A DNA stretch of 64,000 nucleotides, taken from the NCBI GenBank assembly GCA_050084515.1, contig CM114271.1, positions 13,144,001 through 13,208,000 on the forward strand, given 5' to 3'. Each line of letters opens with the position of its first letter. Positions within the stretch are counted from its first letter, which is position 1. The notes under the pieces were generated by a model that was given only the letters and a program-made list of their open reading frames with translations, had not been told where the DNA came from and ran no database searches. Positions 52,996-64,000 of the stretch are shown here, in pieces. Made by a program: the position numbers and the translations under genes. This DNA comes from Blasia pusilla (Eukaryota).

Positions 52996-55900
52996 TGTCG
53001 TGCGTATACACATCGCTCCACAACATACATCGCTGTCACCGAACACACACACAAACACGCAGGATCCCATGCTAACTCATGGCATCCAAACACAGAGGCG
53101 AGAAGTACCAAAATATCTCCAATCGCCCCCTAGGTGGTGATTAGGTCCCTCTAACTCCAGATAGCCATCTATCCCTACCTACCACGACATACATCTCTAG
53201 GACGCTAAGAGCAGAAAGGCCGGGTGCTCATGTGGCCCCATCGTTAGTTGCCTTCCTGTCATCCATGTCAATGAAAAAGTCAGAATCAAAACCTCTCTAT
53301 TATCTCCTCTATGTACATCTGGGACACATCCATCATCCCTGAGGAACCCTAGTGAGAGGTGGTGTCAGACATGCCATATGCCAACCTCTCGAACATCCAT
53401 CACAGACTAGCATCGTGGCCGCACCACGGGCAGAACCACACAACATACAACGCAAGCCTGCAAGAACTACTGCTAAGCTCGGATCTACTCTACCATCAAT
53501 GTTATGAAGATGACATGGCGAAAAATTATGCACATGGTCCTTCCATACCATACCATCGCGTCCCTCTAGCAAGAGAACATCGGATGGCAAAACGTCACGC
53601 ACTCTCAGGATAGTGCACCCTGCAGTCACATCCAACGTCGTCGGTGCCGTCTACTGCAAGTAGACATAATCTCCCTGATGAAACCTTCGGATAGTTGGTC
53701 GATAACCACCACCCCGAATAGTCGCATACCTCAATGTATCCCGATGATGCGCAATCGCCAAGTTCTCGAACGCGATGGGCATCACTCTGCGAAACAACTC
53801 AGCCCTCTGAGAACATGCTCGCATCCATACATCTGGGTCATCAAGGTCCAAAACCTCACCAGCATCTCGACTAATGGCCGCAGGTAAATCTGGCTCTCGG
53901 CCATAAAGTAGCAAGTACGGTGAAAAAGACGTTGTGGATGCCTACGTGCTGAATCTGTATCCCATCGCCAACCAGGGCAACTAGAGGTCCCAATCTCCTA
54001 GATGACCTCTCTGCAAGCCATACTTGCGTAAACCCCTCTTCACCGTCTGCACAACTCTCTCCGCTAATCCATCCGCCTCGGGATGATCTTGCGAAGTCGT
54101 GCGATGGTCGATCAGCGCCTGATCAAACAAGGCCTGGAACTCACCGCGAAACTCGGAACCCTGTTTTGTCAACACCTCAGCCGGTGCGCCATAATGACTC
54201 AGCACTCTATCAAGGAAGCCATAAGCTACTCCCTCACTCGCTTTGTCAGGCAATGCAACCAACTCGATCCACTTTGAGAAGTGCTCGACCATCACCAACA
54301 CATAACGACTGTGACGCTCTATCAGAGGCAAAGGTCCTGCAAAATCCAAACTCCATCTATACCCTTAGCCCATGATCACTTATGGATGCAACTGTGCATT
54401 GGGAGCATTGAACGATGCTCAGACCCGATCACACTTCATGCACCTGGCAACAAACTGATGAACGTCAATCTGCATGCCTCGCCACCAATACTGAATCTGG
54501 AGCAAGTATTACGTCCGCTTCATCCCAAAGTGACCCAACTCCTTGTAGGCATGCTACACTAGTTGTGCTCTCTACGAAGGATGCGGCATTACGCGTACTC
54601 TACCATCCTCCCAAACCCTCAAAATATGTGTCCCCTCCCAACGGAACCGTCTAGCCCGCTGTAGGATCCAATCTTGCTCTCTAGCACCCACGGTGCTCGC
54701 AACGTTGCCAGTACAAAGGTACTCCAAGACTACTCCATCATCATGAATATCTTGGCCATCTGTCGTCTCCTCACTGGCCTCGGGATCCAAGGACTCTCCA
54801 CTAGACCTCGCCATCAAAATCTCCACACTCTGGCTCTCCATAGCCCACATGCCTAAGTAGGCTGACGCGTGCCATCCTGGCACTAACTCCTCATCACTCT
54901 CTCCATGCCATTGAGCTCCAGTTGCATCTCGCTGACTCGGGCATGGGTTACGACTCAACCCATCTGCATCCTGGTTGAGTGTCCCAGGTCTATGTACCAC
55001 CTGAAAATCATACTCCTACAACAACAGAGCCCATCTCGCAAGCTTCTCTGTAAGCTTGTCGGACTCCATCAACCACTACAGTGGTTGATGATCAATGATG
55101 ATGGTAAAGGGATTGCCGAATAAGTAACACCCGAAATGCGCGAGAGTCCACACTGCAGCCAAGCACTCACCCTCATACGAGCTATACTTCGCCTCTGCAA
55201 CGTTGTTTGAACGGCTAGCGTAAGCCACCACGAACTCTCTACTCTCATCATCATGTTGGGTGAGCACCGCTCCAAGCCCCAACATGCTCCAATCTGTGTA
55301 CAACTGGAAAGGACGCCCCCTGATGGGTCTCTTCAAGATGGGCACGGACGTCAACCTATCCTTGAGTAACTAAAATGCTCGCTCCTGCTCATCCCCAGTG
55401 CCACTCGTGATCCACCTTGGTCAGCAAGGTCACCGGCTTCGCAATCGAACTGAATCCCTTGACGTACCACCGATAGAAGTTCGCCAATCCCATGAATGTG
55501 CGAACACGGCTCACATCTGTAGGGCGTGGAATGTGTGAGATAGCCTCTACCTTTTTTTACTGAACACCAAGGCCCCCAGGGTATATTGTATGACCCAAGT
55601 ACTCAATCTGGTCGTAGAAGAACTTGCACTTGCCTGGATGTAGCTTCAGCCCATGTAATTGCAATCGTCGAAACACCTCCTCTAGATGTCGCTCATGCTC
55701 CTCAACTATGGCGCTAAAGACTACGATGCCATCAATATAAAACCTAGCAAAATCCAGACCTACCAAGATCCTATCCATGATCCTCTGAAACTCATCCGGG
55801 GCGTTCTTTAACCCAAATGGTAAGAACCACCACTGGTACAAACAATCCTTCCCGTGAGGATCAATGCCCCAAAATGCCGTCTTTTTCCGTCCTCCAATCT

Positions 55901-56102
55901 AATAGGCAGCTGATGGTATCTGGCTCGCAAATCCAATGAACTAAAAACCTTTGCATGATCAATCGCATCAAAGATTTCCTCAGGGGTGGGCATGGCATAC
56001 CTATTGGACTTCGTTTGCCGATTGATAGGTTGGTAATCCCCACACATCCGCCTATCATTCCAGTTGCCATGCACATCCTTCTTGGCGGGCATGACAGTGG
56101 CA
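52996..56102 (-). mobile_element. Ty3/Gypsy LTR retrotransposon copy 1: RT-RNaseH-integrase-PHD plus 3' LTR, 5'-truncated
   Basis: RT RRMCGDY, LDLRARYHQ, LPFGLKNAP, YIDG(=YIDD). RNaseH LYTDWS, YSSYEGECLA, DHQPL. Integrase DFAGPLP...VEHFSKWIE...GLAERVVQT. PHD finger. 194-bp LTR TGTCGTG...CACGACA at 52996-53189. Confidence 0.92.
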
Positions 56103-56489
56103 TCCCAGCGACGGACTTTGTTCACGAAGCAGTCCCAACCGGGAAAATTCCACATTTCCGAGCGAGTTGATAAAGTTTCGGAAATGATAATAGTGGATTT
56201 TTTTCTGGGTTGTAATGATGAGAAACTGCCAATCAGAGTCGTAGTTGCACGTAATTTAGCCAATGGGATGGGTTGAACGGACGGAATAAACGGCTCGAGG
56301 CTCTTGAGCTTCTAAACCAGAAAATATTGGCGGTGCCGAGCGTATCCAATGGCGTCTTTGGGCCTTGCACATTTTGACCCTTGTATGGCTCCGTTGTATG
56401 CCTCTTTCCACTGCAATTTCCACGCCCGTGTTGCAGGACTCGCCACTCACAGTCCCGAGCGGAAATCCGCGGTTCCGTTGCCCAGGGGA

Positions 56490-57030
56490 TAACGCAATTG
56501 AAGCATACACAGCTTGTGATGTGCGTCTTACTTGTTAAGTTGTGTTGAGAATTCTCATCCCCCAGTATCCATTGTTGTAGAAGTGCGGCACAGCTCGGGG
56601 TGGAGAACGCATTTTGTGTAGTTAGATGCCATAGCTGGGGCTGGGTTGTTTGGTACAAAATGCAAGACTACTCATACTTTTGCAATTGGTGTTGTTTGAG
56701 GGCAGGTTGGGGAGTGCGAAGATTGATCCTGGCGGACAGTGTAGTTACTGACGGCCTCTGCCGCGGTTTCGTTGCACTTCAGGCTAACGCAATTGAAGCA
56801 TGCACAGCTTCTGATATGCGTTTTACTTATTAATGAGAGGAATTCCAATCCCCCAGTATCCATTGTCATAGAAGTGCGCCATAGCTTGGGGTGGAGAACT
56901 CGTTTGGTGTAGTTAGTTGCCATAGCTTGGGGTGGGTAGTTTGGTAGAAAATGCAAGACGGAGGTTAATTTTGCAATTGGTGTTGTTCGAGGGCGGTTTG
57001 GGGAGTGCGGAGATTGATCTTGGCGGACAG
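56490..57030. repeat. Diverged ~295-bp tandem duplication upstream of the unknown ORF
   Basis: TAACGCAATTGAAGCA...CCCCAGTATCCATTG...TTGCAATTGGTGTTGTT...GGCGGACAGTG occurs at ~56490-56740 and ~56785-57031. Confidence 0.8.
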
Positions 57031-57056
57031 TGAGGCTAGGCGATGTGTCTACTGAA

Positions 57057-58690
57057 ATGTCTACTGAAACGAACCACTGTCGGCTAGATGGCGACAGTAG
57101 CCATGCTGAATGCAACTACTCCTCCAGTGACGATTCGGACTGGATTCACGATTCGGAATGGGAGGTTCTTGGCAGGAGGAGAGCGTAGATGGGCAAGAAT
57201 TTAGCTGCATCGCAAGGCTGTGGGAGTCGCAAGCATGTAAGAAGTAGGGGGGATGGGGTCATAGCCGAACATACTATTCTCACCTGACAAGCAACCCAAG
57301 GCTCGGGGGCCCACAATCACTCTGCAGATCCTGAGAATCTGGTTGGGAACCTCGGGAACCAGAGATTGGCTGAAAAGCAGCATGTGGTGTAAGCAACTCC
57401 AGAACCAGCTCCCACACAGTCTGAGGACACTCAACCCAATAGTCTGAATTCTGCATGTGGCCCCGTCCTTTGTGGCTCTCGTAACGCTTCTGAACGGCAT
57501 GGTTTGAATGTTGTTTATGCTTGCAATGCTGCTTCCAAGAAGTGGGAGTGCTTGCGTTGCAACCGGTATGTTGCTCCCCTAGCTAGCAAAGAAAGATTCA
57601 ATGTTCGCCTAAAGTCCACGCACAAGGTTCTCGACAATTTCCTTGTCCCAAAGCAGAAGGGTGGGAGGAAGCCATCGGATCTTGATCGGGGTCCCAAAAT
57701 TGTGATGGATAGCAAGCAGAAAGCAGGAATAGTAGAACGCAAGGTTGGAGATCCAGTCCATAGGATTGCAAAAAACCGAGTAGAATTCATGAGGAGACAA
57801 CGGATTTGATTTACCCAAAAGTATGATGAACACGAGTTGCCTCTTGACGGGGAAGTAGGCCATCCTTCACCTCTCATACAAGCAATTGAGTCTAGCATGA
57901 AAAAATTCATGGGGATCACATGTTAGAAGGATCTTCTAGATCCTCTCCTTCACTGTGATCTTACCAACCGCTTGAAGGCAAGCGTTTATGACACGGAACT
58001 TGTGTGCAACATACTCCAAACGGTAGTGGAACTGAAGTATGATGATCCGATCAGCAAGCTTCTAACTCCCTGGACAGTTTACATCAACGATGAAGGAGAC
58101 TGGGTGACAGCAGATACAGGGTCATTGTTGTGGAAGTCTACATTCTGCCTTCGCAGAGAAATCGTTGACTGATTGTTAGATTATATTTCAGCAATGCATA
58201 AGAAACAATATCCAGCATTGTAAATGTATAAATCAGCATGGGTTGCTCATCATGTAGAACTTCAGATGAGGGAATGGGACCAGGTAGACCGGCTTCTCTT
58301 GGCCAATTTGGCTACCAAGAAATTTTGGCTGGACAGAGTCAAGTCTCCTAGTATTGCATCCAAGAAAAGTACCCCTTGCAGATCAGAAATCTTGCATGAA
58401 GAGATGTCAACAAAGACATCGGTTGGGCAAAGAGGATCTGATAACAGTATGGCTAGGGGAAATGAAGAACATTCCAGAGCAAGCAGAGAAAGCTTTAAGT
58501 CCCCGAGGCAGAAAAACAATCGAACCTGCTAGCAACATTGGGATGCAGACACCGCCACACACACCCGCCTCTGTGACGAGGCCTTCCAAGGGTAAATCAT
58601 CAGCCAGGCGCAATGCAACCCGCAGCCAGTATTCTTCGGATGTGCCACTTATCATAATTTCCCCGGACATGGGTTCCAAGAGGTAGGCCC
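57057..58690 (+). pseudogene. Degenerate intronless ORF (~500 codons) of unknown family with a C2H2-like finger
   Basis: The ORF fragments at 57504, 57972 and 58224 and an ATG at 57057 share one frame, separated only by point stops. Contains WECLRCNR...FNVRLKSTH. Confidence 0.5.
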
Positions 58691-59185
58691 CACACTTTTA
58701 GTCCATGATGGAAAGCAAGGCAAGGATGAGAGGAGCAATGAGGGAGGAGGGAGTGGAGGTGGACAGAGGAAGAAATGGGGGAGTATGGAACACGAAGGCA
58801 AGTAAGGGGAATAAGAAGGAAGAGAAAGGTGGGGTGCATATGGGCAAGTCTTTCCATAGGACGGACATAAGTCCACAGACATGGACATGTCCACGGACAC
58901 GGACTTTGTCCATATGCAACCTTGATTTGCTAGCGAGGAGCAAGGCGATGGAATCATAGGGGAATCCGGATCTGCTAGCAACAAGAAGGTGGGTGGAATC
59001 TCTGGTCGGTGCGACTTAGAAAATGTTTTTCTACAAGAAAATGCCAATGAACCAAGGTCTAAGTATGCAAACCGCTTAAATGTACAGCAGCTTAAATGTG
59101 GAAATTCCCCTGTTGACAAAGACCAGGTAGAATGGGATGATGGGCACGGTTCCTTGGGGTGTTTAGTGGCAGACTCACAGGTTGG

Positions 59186-59831
59186 TATCGTGCGCATACA
59201 CATTGCTACACAACATACATCACTGTCATCGAACACACACACAAACACACATGATCCCATGCTAACTCATGGCATCCATACACCGAGGCGAGAAGTACCA
59301 AAATATCTCCAATTTGTAAAGTAAGATCCAATCTCTCTCTACACCATCTCACACCATAGCTCTCAAAGGTGTGCACTCTCTCTTATGTCAAACCAAACCC
59401 AATCTCCTAATGAGAGGCTTGGATTACACTCACAAGACAAGCAAGACCATAGCTCCGTCGCCTCATGCCAAGAGGTTCAACAAAGAGAGAATGAGCTCTC
59501 AAGCTCTCTCTCTTGGAGGTATACCCCCTTCCCTCTCCCAGGCCCTCCCAACAGTAACCTATGCTCGAAGGTCACCTCCTTGGCTCTTGACCTGTTGTAG
59601 CGGGTCAAGGGTCACTTTCCAAAGTGGAAAGTCAACTATCCCCAACACGGAAACTTACCCAACATAGTAAGTTTCTCTATATGGCTCCAAATGAGCCGAA
59701 ACGAAGGGGAAACCTACTCTCTCAGGTTTCCCGCGGCCTGAACATGTCATCCTCGACGTCTTGGGCCTGTCCTACACTACTCGTGCAGACGCTTAGCTAG
59801 ATCCCATCGATCTATCATAACACTCGTGACA
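59186..59831 (-). mobile_element. Long-type solo LTR (646 bp)
   Basis: Minus strand TGTCACGAG...GCACGATA, with flanks GTTGG/GTTGT (4/5). Homologous to 25269-25919. Confidence 0.75.
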
Positions 59832-59833
59832 GT

Positions 59834-62800
59834 TGTTGTGCGCATACACATCGCTACACAACATGCATCGTTGTCATCGAACACACATACACACGATCCC
59901 ATGCTAACTCATGGCATCCATACACAAAGGCGAGAAGTACCAAAATATCTCCAATCGCCCCCCTAGCTGGTGGTTAGGTCCCTCTTAATCCATATAGCCA
60001 TGTATCCCTACCTACCACGACATACATCTCTAGGACGCTAAGAGCAAAAAGGTCGGGTGCTCATGTGGCCCCATCGTTAGTTGCCTTCCTATCATCCAGG
60101 TCATAGAAAAAGTCGGAATCGAAACCTACATAGTATCTCTTCTATGTACATATGGGACACATCCATTATCCCCGAGGAACCCTAGTGAGAGGTGGCGTCA
60201 GACATGCCATATGCCAACCTCTCGAACATCCATCACAGACTAGCATTGTGGCCGCACCACGAGCAGAACCACACAACATTCAACGCAGGCCTACAAGAAC
60301 TATTGTTGATCTCGGATCTACTATACCATCAATGTTAGGAAGGTGACATAGCGCAAAATTACGCACATGGTCCTTCCATACCATACCATCGCGTTCCTCC
60401 AGCGTCGTGCGGTGGTCTATCAGCGCCTGATCACACAAGGCCTGGAACTCACCGCGAAGCTCGGTACCCTGGTCTGTCAAGACCTCAGTCGGTGCACCAT
60501 AATGACTTAGCACTCTTTCAAGGAAGGCATAAGCTACTCCCTCACTTGCTTTGTTAGGCAATGCAACCAACTCGATCCACTTCGAGAAGTGCTCGACCAT
60601 CACCAACACATAATGACTGTGACGCTTCGTCAAAGGCAAAGGTCCTGCAAAATCCAAACTCCATCTATATCCTAAGCCCATGATCGATAATGGATGCAAT
60701 TGTGGAGTCGGAGCATTGAACGATGCTCGGACCCGATCACACACCATGCACCTGGAAACAAACTGCTGAACGTCAGTCTGCATGCCTCGCCACCAATACT
60801 GAATCCGGAGCAAGTTGTACGTCCGCTTCACCCCAAAGTGACCCAACTCCTCGTAGGCATGTTGCACTAGTCATGCTCTCTGTGAAGGATGTGGCACTAC
60901 GTGTACTCTACCATCCTCCCAAACCCTCAAAACATGTGTCTCTTCCGAACGGAACCGTCTGGCCCGCTATAGGATCCGATCCTGCTCTCTAGCACCCACG
61001 GTGCTCGCAACGCTGCCAGTACGAAGGTACTCCAAGACTACTCCATCATCATGAATATCTCGGCCACTTGTCATCTCCTCACTGGCCTCGGGATCGAAGG
61101 ACTCTCCACTAGACCTCGCCATCGAAGTCTCCACACTCCGACTCTCCATAGCCAACATGCCTAAATAGGCTGACGTGTGCCATCCTGGCATTGACTCCTC
61201 ATCACTCTCTCCATGCCATTGAGCTCCAGTCGCATCTCGCTGACTCGGGCATGGGTTACGACTCAACCCATCTGCATCCTGGTTGAGCATCCCAACTCTA
61301 TGTACCACCTGAAAATCATACTCCTGCAACAATAGAGCCCATCTCTTAAGCTTCCCTATAAGCTTGTCGGACTCCATCAACCACTTGGTGGTTGATGATC
61401 GATGATGATGGTAAAGGGGTTTCCGAATAAGTAACACCTGAAATGCGCGATAGCCCACACTGCAGCCAATCACTCACCCTCATACAAGCTGTACTTTGCC
61501 TCTGTAGCGTTGTTCGAGCAGCTAGCATAAGCCACCACAAACTCTCTACCCTCATCATCATGTTGGGTGACCACCGATCCAAGCCCCAACATGCTCCAAT
61601 CTGTGTGCAACTAGAAAGGACGCCCCCTGACCGGTCTCTGCAAGATGGGCGCGGACGTCAACCTGTCCTTGAGCAACCTTGAAGACCTTTGCGTGACCAA
61701 TTGCATCAATGATCTCCTCAGGGGTGGGCATGGCATACCTATTGGACTTCGTCGGCCGATTGATAGGTCGATAATCCCCACACATCCGCCTATCCGTCCA
61801 ATTGCCATGCACATCCTTCTTGGCGGGCATGACAATGGCAGATGCATACTCCCCATGCGACATCTTCACTAGTCCTGCTCCGACCAAGTCGTGGCTCCTA
61901 CTCTGAATCAGAGCCCTCTCCATATCACTGTACCTGTAGGGTCGTCCGAAGATCGGTGTATCACTCGACAACTCGATGCGGATCCTCGGTCCCCTCAACG
62001 TACCCAGATCCTCCATGCTAAATGAAAAGCAACTCCTATAACTCCTGAGGAACTGATGTATCCGCCGCGGCTCTCCTCTTGTCAACTTAGGGCCCATATC
62101 TAGCTCCCAAGTCTCCATCATGACTACGGTAGGACTCTCCGGTGTAGGTATTGATGGTTGCTATGGTGCAACCCCGTCTTGAACAACAACACTCAACCGC
62201 TCTCCTACAGTCAAGTGCAAACTCTGATCTCCTCCACATACAGTGCCCAAAACCATGCTCGATGATGTGGCTATAATCTCCTGGCGTACCTGCAAAACAT
62301 CCCAAGAAGTCCAAGGGTGTCTCTCTCGATCTTCCCTAGTGTGTAGATCTCCTCGGGTCTCATTCCTAGCCATTGCCTCCAACGTCTTGGTAGGCATGGG
62401 GCTCACCAACACAACCGATGTGATGTGTCGCGATCTCATATGGCGCTGCTCAGCCACTCCCAAGTTGAGGATCCATGTCAAGCACTTCAGGTCCATTACC
62501 TGACCCAAGACATGGCATCGTGATGCCTCTCACACTGACGGTACTGCCATCACTCCTGTGGGAAATCCCATCGCTCGCTCTCTCTCGTCGGCGTTGGGCT
62601 CCACCAACCATTGAACCTGGTCATCCCAAACCAAGCCAGGACCGGCCTCCTTATATGCATAGGAAGACACTCCACTCTTATAGGAAACTCCGAGAGGGAG
62701 ACTCACAAACGTGGGCAAGGCTGCCCGTGGCCTGCCTACCCTGTTGACCACAATCAACAATGGTCGATCATCATGCCTCACTGCCTGTGATCAACGACTT

Positions 62801-64000
62801 GGATGCATAATGGAATCCAATGCCAAGTGATGGCACTGCTAAATGCTGCTAAGGTCGCCACCTCTCCTGGCCGTCGCTCGATCACTGCATCTGGAAATCG
62901 AATGGGTAATGAGCTTAGGCGCCCATCACCTAACTGCCATCCTGGTCTGTAGGACGTTCACTCCTCCCAATAATCCAGGGAAAATCCCATCGGGTATAAC
63001 ACCGCTCCACCAACCAAGACGTCGTAGGACTCTGCATCAATCACTATCGCCTTGGCTCGCACCACGGACTCATCTGTAGGATGTCGCGGTTGAATCCTCA
63101 CCACGACCTCCTATCGGGTGATATACTATGTGGTACTTCGCTCCACCCAAGGATGTCGTCAGATCCGAATGGACAACCCTCCACATCGGCTCTCGTCAAG
63201 CCCAATCCTCTGAATGACGCTTTCCCCAACATCAGGGGTTGCGCTCCTAAATCCAACAAGACGCGCTGCGGACTAAAAGCTCTACCTCCGGGACTCATCA
63301 ATTGGAAGACCTCTCCTCGGTTATCGAGCAACACAACACCAAGAGAAGCTATGGCATGCTCTATCACAGGTCTAGCGGGCATCTCGCAATCCTAGCGACC
63401 ATGACCGCCATGAATCTAACGTGGACGGCCCGACCATCCGCTCCAAGGGCAGATCCATCACCTCCTCTGCAATCATCTCTGAAGGTGATGCAAGAACTGA
63501 AGTGTAGCGGCCAGCCGAAAAGCCTCGGCGGGCGAACCCCCCAATGTCATAACATCGGAAGCAGAAAATTAAGGAGCGCGGAAAACAATTGTGGCCGCCC
63601 CAACAACGTGCTCGACACATGCCCACTCCTGAACAATACGAGTCGTTGCACTTGCTTCTCCCATTGCCCTCCGTGCCTGCATACCAACAATATCACCAAC
63701 TCTCCAGGAACTCTGATCAGGACCCATCAATGGCGTCCTCATTGCCTCGGACAACGTGAAAGACTGAGGAAGCCTAGTCTGTTTCCTCACTTTCCCTCGC
63801 TATGGATCCAACTCTACGGCTGCTCCACGCCTTACAACTGCGGGTGCCTCCATTTGGGCAACCCCGCACATCCAACCAAGATCCTCCATATCTGCGGCTG
63901 CTCCATATGATGTCGATGCCACAGATCCGCATCGGTAATCGAATGCCATAGCGGCAACCGCTCCTCGTAGCTTATGTATCCGAGCAGACCATCCCGGCCC
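59834..64000 (-). mobile_element. Ty3/Gypsy copy 2: gag tail-protease-C5-MTase remnant-RT-RNaseH-integrase-PHD plus 3' LTR; internally deleted, runs off the window
   Basis: Protease RVLLDLGAQP...YDVLVG. RT N-terminus RPYRYS...YASAIVMPAKKD...RRMCGDYRPIN. Integrase HEELGHFG-like Zn domain and core, then PHD. LTR 59834-60022 matches 52996-53189. Confidence 0.92.
62440..62830 (-). pseudogene. C-terminal half (TRD-like region, motifs IX-X) of a DNMT3/DRM-like cytosine-5 DNA methyltransferase inside the Gypsy pol
   Basis: In-frame EPNADERERAMGFPTGVMAVPSV*EASRCHVLGQVMDLKCLTWIL matches the DNMT3/DRM pattern E-x-E-R-x-x-G-F-P...S...R...LG. Catalytic motifs I-VIII are not present in this copy. Confidence 0.72.

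Noticed and set aside
59186-59955. DIRS/Ngaro-like split direct repeat (B-A-B) at the end of Gypsy copy 2
   Set aside because: The short repeat extends to a proper TGTCGTG...CACGACA LTR of ~190 bp, the element has a DDE integrase, and no tyrosine recombinase is visible.

Overview
Eukaryotic, plant-type nuclear DNA, probably a bryophyte or other non-seed plant (inferred from gene and TE types, not proven). Two intact intron-containing genes are visible: a PAR1-family secreted Cys-rich protein (+, 11953-13994) and an HDHD3-like HAD hydrolase (-, 46958-49155). Most of the rest is nested transposon debris. This includes a ~180-bp satellite, an intronless kinase pseudogene, several solo LTRs with TSDs, hAT ends, and a Helitron helicase remnant plus mini-Helitrons. 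A structurally complete 19.1-kb CACTA element (19851-38945, TSD TTA) splits a mini-Helitron tandem array and carries a pile of LINE 3' ends. There is also a CRE-like RLE non-LTR element and two copies of a Ty3/Gypsy element. The most striking observation is that this Gypsy polyprotein carries a DNMT3/DRM-like cytosine-5 methyltransferase remnant between protease and RT, plus a PHD finger fused after integrase. All alignments were done by eye; no database searches were run.
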